From the NCBI GenBank assembly GCA_900550205.1, contig URRJ01000001.1:1-52835 (forward strand): a stretch of 52,835 nucleotides of DNA, read 5' to 3'. This DNA is from an uncultured Collinsella sp. GTDB lineage: Bacteria; Actinomycetota; Coriobacteriia; Coriobacteriales; Coriobacteriaceae. Made by a program: the position numbers and the translations under genes. A model generated the notes under the pieces. That model worked only from the letters and a program-made list of their open reading frames with translations, ran no database searches and was not told the DNA's origin. This document shows, one piece after another, positions 19,183 through 27,082 of this stretch (positions are counted from its first letter, which is position 1; each line of letters starts with the position of its first letter).

Positions 19183-20479
19183 CCTCGCCAGCCGCCTCGC
19201 CGCATCTGAGTCCGCATCGTCCACCATCCTCGCCAAGGATCAAACGCTTTCCTGCGACACCCGCCAAACGGGACTCAACAACAACGCACTTGTGATCGGC
19301 CCCTCGGGAGCCGGCAAGACCCGAAACGTCCTCAAGCCCAACCTGCTGCAAATGAACGCAAGCTACATCGTGCTCGACACCAAAGGCACGCTCTGTCGCG
19401 AAGTGGGACCCGTGCTGGCAGTCCACGGTTACCGCGTGCAATGTCTCAACTTCGCCGACCTCAACACCGTCCCGGCCCTTGCGCCCGGCATCGAGCGCTG
19501 CGGCTACAACCCCCTGAGGCACATTCGCCGCAAGGCGGACGGCAGGCCCAACCAGCAGGACATTCTCTCAGTGGCAAAGGCCATCTGCCCCATCGAGGAC
19601 AACAACCAGCCTTTTTGGGATCATGCGGCGGCAAACCTGCTGTCGTGTCTTATCGCCTACGTCACCGAACAGCTACCCGCCGACGAGCAGACGATCAGCT
19701 CGGTCATCAAGCTGATCGAGCACCTGCAGGACGGTGCCACGGGTCGATTGTTTGACGACCTGATCACGACCGACCCCCAAAGCTATGCCCTCTCGCTATG
19801 GCGGCGCTACGCCATTACGCAAAATGCCGAGCGCATGCACGCGAGCATCGTCGGCATCCTTGCCGAAAAGGTCATGTGTCTGGGATTCGACGGTGCGGCA
19901 CAGCTCTATCGTGAGTGCCATCAGGTGGACTTCGCTTCCATGGGACACACCCCCTGCGCCCTGTTTGTAACCGTGAGCGATATCGACCGCAATCTCGATC
20001 CGCTGACCGGCCTCTTTATTACGCAGGCGTTTATGGGCCTCATTCGCGAGGCCGATAGGCAGCCCGACGGCAGCCTGCCCGTGCCCGTGCGCTTTATGCT
20101 CGATGACTTCGCAAATCTGCAGATCCCCCAGATCGACAACGTGCTCTCGATTATCCGAAGCCGCAACATCTGGGCAACGCTGCTGCTGCAGTCGACCAAC
20201 CAGCTCGATGCGCTCTATGGCGAGGCACGCGCACGCTCCATCATGGGCAACTGCGACACGCATCTGGTGCTGGCGTTCCAGGATCCCGAGAGTGCCCGGG
20301 TGTTTTCCGACCGCGCCGACGCGCTGCCCAGCACGCTCATGGCGACGCCGATCGATCGCTCGTGGCTCTTTGTACGCGGTCGCACTCCCGAACAGGTCGA
20401 GCGCTTTAGGCTCGAAGACCATCCGCTCTACGGGGAGCTGCCCGAGGCGCAGCGAGGCCATGCGGAGGCCGAGATCTAG
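19175..20479 (+). CDS. VirD4/TraG-like coupling-protein ATPase lacking an N-terminal membrane anchor
   Basis: NNNALVIGPSGAGKT (Walker A), VLDTKG, YNPL, PFWD, FMLDDFAN (Walker B), RSRNI...LQS..QL..LYG and IMGNCDT. AAGGAGG RBS and an 8-bp overlap with the ClpP gene. Confidence 0.88.
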   Translation: MSNLASRLAASESASSTILAKDQTLSCDTRQTGLNNNALVIGPSGAGKTRNVLKPNLLQMNASYIVLDTKGTLCREVGPVLAVHGYRVQCLNFADLNTVPALAPGIERCGYNPLRHIRRKADGRPNQQDILSVAKAICPIEDNNQPFWDHAAANLLSCLIAYVTEQLPADEQTISSVIKLIEHLQDGATGRLFDDLITTDPQSYALSLWRRYAITQNAERMHASIVGILAEKVMCLGFDGAAQLYRECHQVDFASMGHTPCALFVTVSDIDRNLDPLTGLFITQAFMGLIREADRQPDGSLPVPVRFMLDDFANLQIPQIDNVLSIIRSRNIWATLLLQSTNQLDALYGEARARSIMGNCDTHLVLAFQDPESARVFSDRADALPSTLMATPIDRSWLFVRGRTPEQVERFRLEDHPLYGELPEAQRGHAEAEI

Positions 20480-20556
20480 GCGCAGGGTTCTCGCAGCGCG
20501 CGGCGTCCCGGCGATGTTCCACAAAGGCCGTGCGCCCCGGGGCCACGGCAAAGCAA

Positions 20557-20588
20557 AGGGGCCCGCATCCGATGGGATACGGGCCCCT
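20557..20588 (-). terminator. pgi terminator (convergent with the islet operon)
   Basis: Stem aggggcccgcatcc / ggatacgggcccct about 30 bp downstream of the pgi stop. Confidence 0.75.
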
Positions 20589-20620
20589 GGCTATAAGGCG
20601 CGATGCGTTAACAGCAGCGA

Positions 20621-22315
20621 CTACTTGCGATGCGCGCGGTAGAACTCGATAAGCGCCTGGGTCGAAGCGTCCTGCTCGGCCTTGGCGGCGTCATCGTGGA
20701 AGGCAGGGGTGATCTGCTTGGCAAGCTGCTTGCCCAGCTCGACGCCCCACTGGTCGTAGGAGTCGATGCCCCAGACCGTGCCCTCGACAAACGTGATGTG
20801 CTCGTACAGGGCGATGAGCTCGCCGAGTGCGAACGGGGTCAGCGTATCGCCGAAGATCGAGGTCGTCGGGCGATTGCCCTCAAAGCAGCGAGCCGGGACG
20901 ATCTGCTCGGGCGTGCCCTCGGCGCGAACCTCGTCGGCCGTCTTGCCAAAGGCGAGCGCCTTGGTCTGGGCCAAGAAGTTGCCCAGGAACAGCTCGTGGA
21001 CATCCTGGCCGCTGTCGGTTGCGGGGTTGGCAGTGTTGGCGAAAGCGATAAAGTCGGCCGGAACCACCACGGTGCCCTGGTGCAGCAGCTGATAAAAGGC
21101 ATGCTGGCCGTTGGTGCCGGGCTCGCCCCAGAAGATCTCACCGGTATCGGAGGTCACAGCGCTGCCGTCCCAGCGGACATGCTTGCCGTTGGACTCCATG
21201 GTGAGCTGCTGCAGGTAGGCCGGGAAACGGTGCAGGTACTGGCAGTACGGAAGCACGGCGTGGCTCTTGGAACCGAAGAAGTTGACGTACCAGACGTTGA
21301 GCAGGCCCATCAGCGCGACGGCGTTGTTCTCGAGCGGGGTGTTGCAGAAGTACTCGTCGATGGCGTGGAAGCCCTCAAGGAACTGCTGGAAACGCTCGGG
21401 GCCGAGCACGACGATCAGCGACAGGCCCACGGCGGAATCAACGGAGTAACGGCCGCCGACCCAGTTCCAGAAACCAAAAGCGTTGGCGGGGTCGATACCG
21501 AAGGCCTCGACCTTCTCGAGTGCGGTGGAGACAGCGACGAAGTGCTTGGCCACGGCCTCGGCGTTCTGCTCATCGGAGCCGTCGATGGCGCCCTGAGCCT
21601 TGAGCTGCTCGAGCATCCAGGTCTTGACCTCGCGAGCGTTGGTGAGGGTCTCGAGCGTGGTGAAGGTCTTGGAGACGATGATCACGAGCGTGGTCTCGGG
21701 ATCGAGGCCCTTGAGCTTCTCGGCCTGGTCGTTGGGGTCGATGTTGGAGATATAGCGGCAGTCGATACCGGCGTCGGCATAGGGACGCAGGGCCTCGTAA
21801 GCCATGACCGGGCCCAGATCGGAGCCGCCGATGCCGATGGACACCAGGTGCTCAATCTTCTTGCCGGTAACGCCCTTCCACTCACCGGAGCGCACGCGCT
21901 CGGCGAAGGCGTACATGCGGTCGAGAACCTCGTGCACGTCGGCGACGACATCCTGGCCGTCGACGATGAGCTGGCCCTTCTCGGTTGCCGGGCGGCGAAG
22001 CGCGGTGTGCAGGACGGCGCGGTCCTCGGTGGTGTTGATGTGCTCGCCGGAGAACATGGCGTCACGGCGCTCCTCGAGCTTCACCTCGCGGGCAAGATCG
22101 CACAGCAGCTTGACGGTCTCATCGGTCACCAGGTTCTTGGACAAGTCGAAGTGCAGGTCACCGGCATCAAAGCTCAGCTTGTTTACGCGCTCTGCATCGG
22201 CAGCGAACCATGCCTTAAGGTCGATACCCTCGGCCTCGAGCTTCTCCTGATGGGCCTCGAGCGCCTTCCAAGCGGCGGTCGACGTAGCGTCGATAGGTGC
22301 GGCAACAGTTGCCAT
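20621..22315 (-). CDS. pgi: Glucose-6-phosphate isomerase
   Basis: [45 protein letters not shown] and DQWGVELGK. Confidence 0.97.
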   Translation of the reverse strand: MATVAAPIDATSTAAWKALEAHQEKLEAEGIDLKAWFAADAERVNKLSFDAGDLHFDLSKNLVTDETVKLLCDLAREVKLEERRDAMFSGEHINTTEDRAVLHTALRRPATEKGQLIVDGQDVVADVHEVLDRMYAFAERVRSGEWKGVTGKKIEHLVSIGIGGSDLGPVMAYEALRPYADAGIDCRYISNIDPNDQAEKLKGLDPETTLVIIVSKTFTTLETLTNAREVKTWMLEQLKAQGAIDGSDEQNAEAVAKHFVAVSTALEKVEAFGIDPANAFGFWNWVGGRYSVDSAVGLSLIVVLGPERFQQFLEGFHAIDEYFCNTPLENNAVALMGLLNVWYVNFFGSKSHAVLPYCQYLHRFPAYLQQLTMESNGKHVRWDGSAVTSDTGEIFWGEPGTNGQHAFYQLLHQGTVVVPADFIAFANTANPATDSGQDVHELFLGNFLAQTKALAFGKTADEVRAEGTPEQIVPARCFEGNRPTTSIFGDTLTPFALGELIALYEHITFVEGTVWGIDSYDQWGVELGKQLAKQITPAFHDDAAKAEQDASTQALIEFYRAHRK

Positions 22316-22438
22316 AAAGTCCTCCTCAACATACGGGCGCATACCTCCATGCGCCCGGATAATCAGATGCCCCTATTCTAGCGCAGGTCAAGACCGTAAT
22401 CAGCGAGCGTTGCCAATCCGCCCCCAAACGGCGACCGA

Positions 22439-22503
22439 CCAAAAAGGGACAGGTTTCTTTTGGCAGGTCAAACGCTTTACCTACCAATATTAACCTGTCC
22501 CTT
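22439..22503. repeat. REP-like palindrome (GGGACAGGTT...AACCTGTCCC)
   Basis: Outer arms aagggacaggtt / aacctgtccctt and inner arms ttggcaggt / acctaccaa. Confidence 0.65.
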
Positions 22504-22514
22504 CCTGGCAGATA

Positions 22515-23090
22515 TTAGGCCGCGGTGCACACGCTGCCGAGCAACTCGCGAAGAGGAGACCCAATGCCCTCAAGCAGTTCAGGAGCGATAATGGCAAAAA
22601 CGGGAACCTCGCCGGCTCCCGCGACGGCAGGCACCTTGCCCTCCGAGACAATACATCCATAAGGGACAAAACCGTCTTCGCCGGTATCGAGCGCCGCCAT
22701 GCAACGCGCGAGTTCGCGCGCAAAGCCGGCAGTATCGGCATCGCCGATCGCCAGGACAAAGTCCACGCCTTCGTCGGTCGCCAGGGCCACGGCTTCGTCG
22801 ATCAGCTCGTCTCCCCCGTCGCCCTCAACCGAGCCACAGCGAAAAAGCACGCGCTCGAGCAGAGCTCGATCAAGCGAGCCGAGTGCCGCCGAGACAAGCT
22901 CATCACGCGTATGCTTGTCACCGCCCAGCACGACCAGCACCTTGGTGCCGCCGTAGTGAGCGACCAATCGTCCACACCAGCGAGCCACGTCTCCATCCGC
23001 AACAAGGCGCGTCGGCATACCAAACCCATAATTGACCATCTTTCCCACAACCCTTCCGTGCGTATAGGCGGTATCAATCGTTAGGCTCAT
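22515..23090 (-). CDS. Divergent, truncated iron-containing alcohol dehydrogenase-like N-terminal domain
   Basis: MVNYGFGMPTRLV..., KVLVVLGG and EGVDFVLAIG resemble the Fe-ADH/Bdh N-terminus. The GGGS motif is replaced and the C-domain is absent. Confidence 0.55.
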   Translation of the reverse strand: MSLTIDTAYTHGRVVGKMVNYGFGMPTRLVADGDVARWCGRLVAHYGGTKVLVVLGGDKHTRDELVSAALGSLDRALLERVLFRCGSVEGDGGDELIDEAVALATDEGVDFVLAIGDADTAGFARELARCMAALDTGEDGFVPYGCIVSEGKVPAVAGAGEVPVFAIIAPELLEGIGSPLRELLGSVCTAA

Positions 23091-23189
23091 GCTACGAAGC
23101 GAGGTTTTCCGAGCTGTTTCGCGCTCTTTAGAGCTGCGTTAAAACCCCGATGCAACCGCACGACCATACCTGCCAAAAAGGGACAGGTT

Positions 23190-23249
23190 TTGACGATGTC
23201 CGCGCAAGCGGGTATTATCGAACAGATATTCGATAAGAACATGTGTTTG
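23190..23249 (+). promoter_or_regulatory. Sigma70 promoter with tandem LexA (SOS) boxes
   Basis: TTGACG-17bp-TATTAT at 23190-23218. cgaacagatattcg (23219-23232) and agaacatgtgtttg (23236-23249) fit the Gram-positive GAAC-N4-GTTC consensus. Confidence 0.85.
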
Positions 23250-23263
23250 ATGGGAGGGCACGG

Positions 23264-24769
23264 ATGGCGCACGAGCAGCACACCTACATCTGCATCGACC
23301 TCAAGACGTTTTATGCCAGCGTCGAGTGCGTCGATCGTGGGCTCGATCCGCTCACCACCAACCTGGTCGTTGCCGACGAATCGCGCGGACGCACGACCAT
23401 CTGCCTCGCCATCACACAGGCCATGAAAGACCTCGGGATACACAACCGCTGCCGTCTGTTCGAAATCCCCGACGGCATCGACTACATCAAGGCCGTACCG
23501 CGCATGCAGCACTACATGGAGGTGTCGGCGCAAATCTACGGCATCTATCTGGAATACGTGAGTCCGCAAGACGTGCACGTCTACTCCATCGACGAATGCT
23601 TTATCGACGTGACGCCCTATCTGGACCTCTATCACACCGATGCGGAAGGCTTCGCCTGCATGTTGCGCGACGAGGTCCTGGCACGCACCGGCATCACGGC
23701 GACGGTCGGCATCGGCCCCAACCTATTTCAGGCCAAGGTAGCGCTCGACATTACCGCCAAGCACGTACCCAGCCGCATCGGTATACTCGACGACAAGACC
23801 TTTCGCGAGGAGATCTGGCCCCATCGTCCCATCACCGATATCTGGGGCATCGGCCCCGGCGTGGCAGCCCGCCTCGAAAAATACGGCGTCTATGATCTGA
23901 TGGGCGTCGCGGCGCTCGACGAAAACCTGCTCTACGACGAGCTCGGGGTCAATGCCGAGTATCTTATCGACCATGCCTTTGGGCGCGAGCCGACAACCAT
24001 CGCCGACATCCAGGCTTATCGTCCGCAGGCGACCTCGACCACCACAGGACAGGTGCTCTCGAAGGGCTATGCCTACGAACAGGCCTACACCGTCTTGCGC
24101 GAGATGGTCGACAGTGCCGTGCTAGACTTGGTCGATAAGCACGTGGTCTGCGACAGCATTTCGCTCTTTGTGGGTTATGCGAGCGAACGAGCCGACATAC
24201 GCCGCCTCGACGCCAGCGGTACAGCACAATATGTGGACGGATGCGGACACCTGCGCTCGAGTACGTCGAGCAGCGAACCCACCGCAACCGCCGGCCCCAA
24301 GCTCGCGCCCCGTGCGCCCAAGCCCGTCCAGCGCGATGACGAACGGCGCCGCTTGGTGCGCGAAGCGCAGGCAATCGATGGCATCTTTGTGGGAGAGCAT
24401 GGCGGCAAACCGCGCGGTGGCTATGCCGCACTCTTTGCGCACTCTAACGCCTCGCGAAAGCTTCCCGAGCGCACCAATTCGTTTAAGAAGATCATGAGTT
24501 ATTTCGATGAGCTCTGGGCGCAGACCGTCGATCCCAAACGACCGGTCAAGCGCATCAACCTGGGATTTGGCAACCTCATGCCCGAGGAATTTGCCACTAT
24601 CGATCTGTTCAGCGATATCGAGGCCGATGAGCGCGAGCGCGACCTGGCGCGCGCCGTCCTGGCCGTAAAAGGCAAGTACGGCAAGAACGCGCTCGTCAAG
24701 GGATTAAGCTTTACCACCGGCGCCACCGCGCGCGAACGCAACGACCAAGTTGGAGGACACCGTGCCTAA
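23264..24769 (+). CDS. Y-family DNA polymerase (UmuC/ImpB/UvrX-like)
   Basis: CIDLKTFYASVEC, YSIDECFID, GIGPN...AKVALD, DIWGIG and C-terminal KYGKNA...ARERN...GGHRA. SOS boxes upstream. Confidence 0.93.
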   Translation: MAHEQHTYICIDLKTFYASVECVDRGLDPLTTNLVVADESRGRTTICLAITQAMKDLGIHNRCRLFEIPDGIDYIKAVPRMQHYMEVSAQIYGIYLEYVSPQDVHVYSIDECFIDVTPYLDLYHTDAEGFACMLRDEVLARTGITATVGIGPNLFQAKVALDITAKHVPSRIGILDDKTFREEIWPHRPITDIWGIGPGVAARLEKYGVYDLMGVAALDENLLYDELGVNAEYLIDHAFGREPTTIADIQAYRPQATSTTTGQVLSKGYAYEQAYTVLREMVDSAVLDLVDKHVVCDSISLFVGYASERADIRRLDASGTAQYVDGCGHLRSSTSSSEPTATAGPKLAPRAPKPVQRDDERRRLVREAQAIDGIFVGEHGGKPRGGYAALFAHSNASRKLPERTNSFKKIMSYFDELWAQTVDPKRPVKRINLGFGNLMPEEFATIDLFSDIEADERERDLARAVLAVKGKYGKNALVKGLSFTTGATARERNDQVGGHRA

Positions 24770-25187
24770 ACCCAAACAACAACCCGTGCGCCCGCCGACC
24801 GCCTTCGAGCGCCTAGCGGACCCCGAGGGAAGACGTCGCTCCGCCGACCCCAAGCTCACCGCTAACGGCGCCGTCCGTGCCGGCCGGGCCGCGCAGTTTA
24901 TGCCCTTTGCCGCCCTCACGGGATACTACGAACTCGTGCGTAAACAAGAAATCACCGCCGAGCCAAAATGCGAGCTCACGGAAGAAAAAGCCCTCGAGCT
25001 TTCGAAAAAGCTCGAGGGCCTCAAACGCGGCGACTTGGTGCGCGTCACCTATTACGATACGTACGGTTATCGCGCTCGCACGGGCATCCTTGATGAGGTG
25101 CTCCCTGCGTTCAAGCTACTCAAACTCAGGGATATCGCCATCGACTTCGACGATATCCAAGACATCGAGCTGCGCGGCCGAGCCTAG
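24762..25187 (+). CDS. YolD-like protein
   Basis: RAAQFMPFAALTGY motif. GTG start after a GGAGG RBS, overlapping the polymerase stop. Confidence 0.8.
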   Translation: MPKPKQQPVRPPTAFERLADPEGRRRSADPKLTANGAVRAGRAAQFMPFAALTGYYELVRKQEITAEPKCELTEEKALELSKKLEGLKRGDLVRVTYYDTYGYRARTGILDEVLPAFKLLKLRDIAIDFDDIQDIELRGRA

Positions 25188-25213
25188 ACAAGGACGCGCA
25201 TCCAAGGCAAGGC

Positions 25214-25597
25214 CTACAGCGTCATGACGTAGTAACCCGCATCTCTCACGGCCGTCTCAAGGACACCGCGATCGATTGGCCGCTTGGAGCGCACGCGCGC
25301 TGTGTGGTCCGCATACGTTACCGTTGCCCACACGCCGTCCAGCGCATTGAGGGCATTGGCTACGTTCTGAGCGCAGCCGTCACAGCTCATGCCGCCGATA
25401 AGCAACTCATCGCTATAGGGGTAGTGGGACGGATCGGTATCCGCAACCACTACCTTCTTGGCCTTCTTACCGCTCGCACCATCGCTGCAGCAGCTCTTTC
25501 CGTGTGTCGAAGCGACAATGCGACGCAGGCCAAAGAACATGCCAACGACAATCACGGCAAGCACGATGAGATTCGCAGGGTTGAGCAAGTCGCTCAT
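25214..25597 (-). CDS. Membrane-anchored heavy-metal-associated (HMA) domain protein
   Basis: N-terminal TM helix, SCC, and GMSCDGC (MxCxxC) domain ending DAGY. Confidence 0.85.
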   Translation of the reverse strand: MSDLLNPANLIVLAVIVVGMFFGLRRIVASTHGKSCCSDGASGKKAKKVVVADTDPSHYPYSDELLIGGMSCDGCAQNVANALNALDGVWATVTYADHTARVRSKRPIDRGVLETAVRDAGYYVMTL

Positions 25598-25626
25598 GCG
25601 TTCCCCTTTCAAGTAACCCTATCTAG

Positions 25627-25643
25627 ATACCCCCATGGGGTGT
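25627..25643. promoter_or_regulatory. CsoR-type operator
   Basis: atacccccatggggtgt C/G-tract pseudo-palindrome just upstream of the HMA gene. Confidence 0.55.
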
Positions 25644-25704
25644 TCCCATCTTACTCCAAACTCGTGTCGGTTCGGTCAATTAGTTTCCCGCTTCAAACTT
25701 TTTT

Positions 25705-25750
25705 GTTGACCTAGGCTTACTTTCGTGTATAAGTTTTCCTAGGCTAACAA
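25705..25750 (+). promoter_or_regulatory. Promoter with DtxR/IdeR-like boxes for DUF3793-flavodoxin
   Basis: TTGACC...TATAAG, overlapped by repeated cctaggct(t/a)ac at 25710-25720 and 25738-25748, similar to the TAGGCTAAC half-site. Confidence 0.55.
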
Positions 25751-25772
25751 CTGAGGACCCGAAAGGAGCATC

Positions 25773-26477
25773 GTGACTCGAACCATTGACATCCCAACAT
25801 ACCAAACGGCTGTCGTGCGCAACTGCTCCCCTACGCTCGCAGGTATCAAGCCGGCTTCGCTCTTTACCTATCCCGGCGTTTACGCCAACCAAAACGGAAA
25901 GCCCGGCGCTGCCCATATCGAAGAGCGACGCTCTCGCCTGCTCGCCGTCATAGCCCAATGCAACCGCGAGCTCCAGCCACTCGGGATCCATATGAGCGTT
26001 TTGGTCTGGCGCCCCTGCGGAGCGCTCATCTATGTGTACCGCCCTGCAGACCTCATGCGATATCTCTCCGACCCCCGCGCCACGACGGCGCTTGCCGCCG
26101 AAGGTTACGATGTCCACAACCTGCCCGCATCCCTGGTGCATCTCGCCGCGCGCATCACGCTGGCAAGCAGCAATGCCGCAGAGAGCGCCTATGACGGCAG
26201 CGTCTGCGCGCTCGCGCGAAATAGGCACTGCGATACGGGGTGCATGTGCGAGTTCCCCCACGAAATTGGCTATTTTTTAGGCTATCCCTACGAAGATGTC
26301 CATCAGTTTATCGTCCAGCACGGCGAAAACTATAAGGTCTTTGGCGCATGGAAGGTATACACAAACGTTGAGCAGGCGCTCACGACCTTCGATTCCTATC
26401 GCGCATGCACGCAATACCTTACCTACATCTATCAACAGGGCTGCACCCTGGGACAACTTGTCCAGGCAACCCGATAG
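25773..26477 (+). CDS. DUF3793 family protein
   Basis: CSPTLAGIKPASLF, FPHEIGYFLGYPYEDV and WKVY. Located upstream of flavodoxin. Confidence 0.85.
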   Translation: MTRTIDIPTYQTAVVRNCSPTLAGIKPASLFTYPGVYANQNGKPGAAHIEERRSRLLAVIAQCNRELQPLGIHMSVLVWRPCGALIYVYRPADLMRYLSDPRATTALAAEGYDVHNLPASLVHLAARITLASSNAAESAYDGSVCALARNRHCDTGCMCEFPHEIGYFLGYPYEDVHQFIVQHGENYKVFGAWKVYTNVEQALTTFDSYRACTQYLTYIYQQGCTLGQLVQATR

Positions 26478-26523
26478 AGCATACAAAACGCGGCCGCACG
26501 CCGCACAACCGAAAGGAAGACAT

Positions 26524-26943
26524 ATGAGCAAGATTGCAGTCGTCTACTGGAGCGGTACAGGCAACACCGAGGCCATGGCAAACCTCGTCGCCGAAGGCGC
26601 CACGTCCGCGGGCGCCGAGGCAGAGGTCATCCCCTGCGCCGACTTCTCTGCCGACAAGGCCGCCGAATATGATGCCTTCGCCTTCGGCTGCCCCGCCATG
26701 GGCTCCGAGGAGCTCGAGTACGATGAGTTCCAGCCAATGTGGGACGAAGCCAAGGAAACCCTCGGCGACAAGAAGATCGTCCTCTTTGGCTCTTACTCGT
26801 GGGCCGAAGGCGAATGGATGGACAACTGGAAGGCGGACGCCGACGAGACAGGTGTCAACGTCGTCGATTCCGTCATTTGCTACGATGCGCCCGACGATGA
26901 GGGCGAAGCGGCCTGCAAGGCCCTGGGAGCGGAGCTGGCATAA
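26524..26943 (+). CDS. Flavodoxin (short chain)
   Basis: VYWSGTGNTEAMA, GCPAMG.E.LE and LFGSYSW..GEWM. Confidence 0.93.
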   Translation: MSKIAVVYWSGTGNTEAMANLVAEGATSAGAEAEVIPCADFSADKAAEYDAFAFGCPAMGSEELEYDEFQPMWDEAKETLGDKKIVLFGSYSWAEGEWMDNWKADADETGVNVVDSVICYDAPDDEGEAACKALGAELA

Positions 26944-26973
26944 ACCACCCATTGACACGACAGATGCAACGCA

Positions 26974-27008
26974 AACGGGCTCCGGGTCGTCTTAACCCGG
27001 AGCCCGTT
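26974..27008. terminator. Terminator hairpin between convergent genes
   Basis: aacgggctccgggt / acccggagcccgtt stem. Confidence 0.7.
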
Positions 27009-27082
27009 CATCTATAAAGCCACGACACGAACGGCACAACTCACCCGCGTATCAAACGGCGGACGTTACAGGCATCGAGTTG

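Larger units (their letters stand above)
17052..20650. mobile_element. Genomic islet at the pgi 3' end (no integrase present)
   Basis: Flanked by direct repeats of the pgi 3' end plus terminator. Carries a three-gene operon opposite in orientation to the neighbouring genes. Confidence 0.75.

Noticed and set aside
17052..20650. Islet as an intact ICE or prophage (ClpP as head-maturation protease)
   Set aside because: There are no integrase, relaxase, VirB4, portal, terminase or capsid genes between the repeats.
23264..25187. Y-family polymerase + YolD pair as a novel system
   Set aside because: This is a known SOS mutagenesis cassette arrangement (uvrX/yolD-like) with standard LexA boxes.
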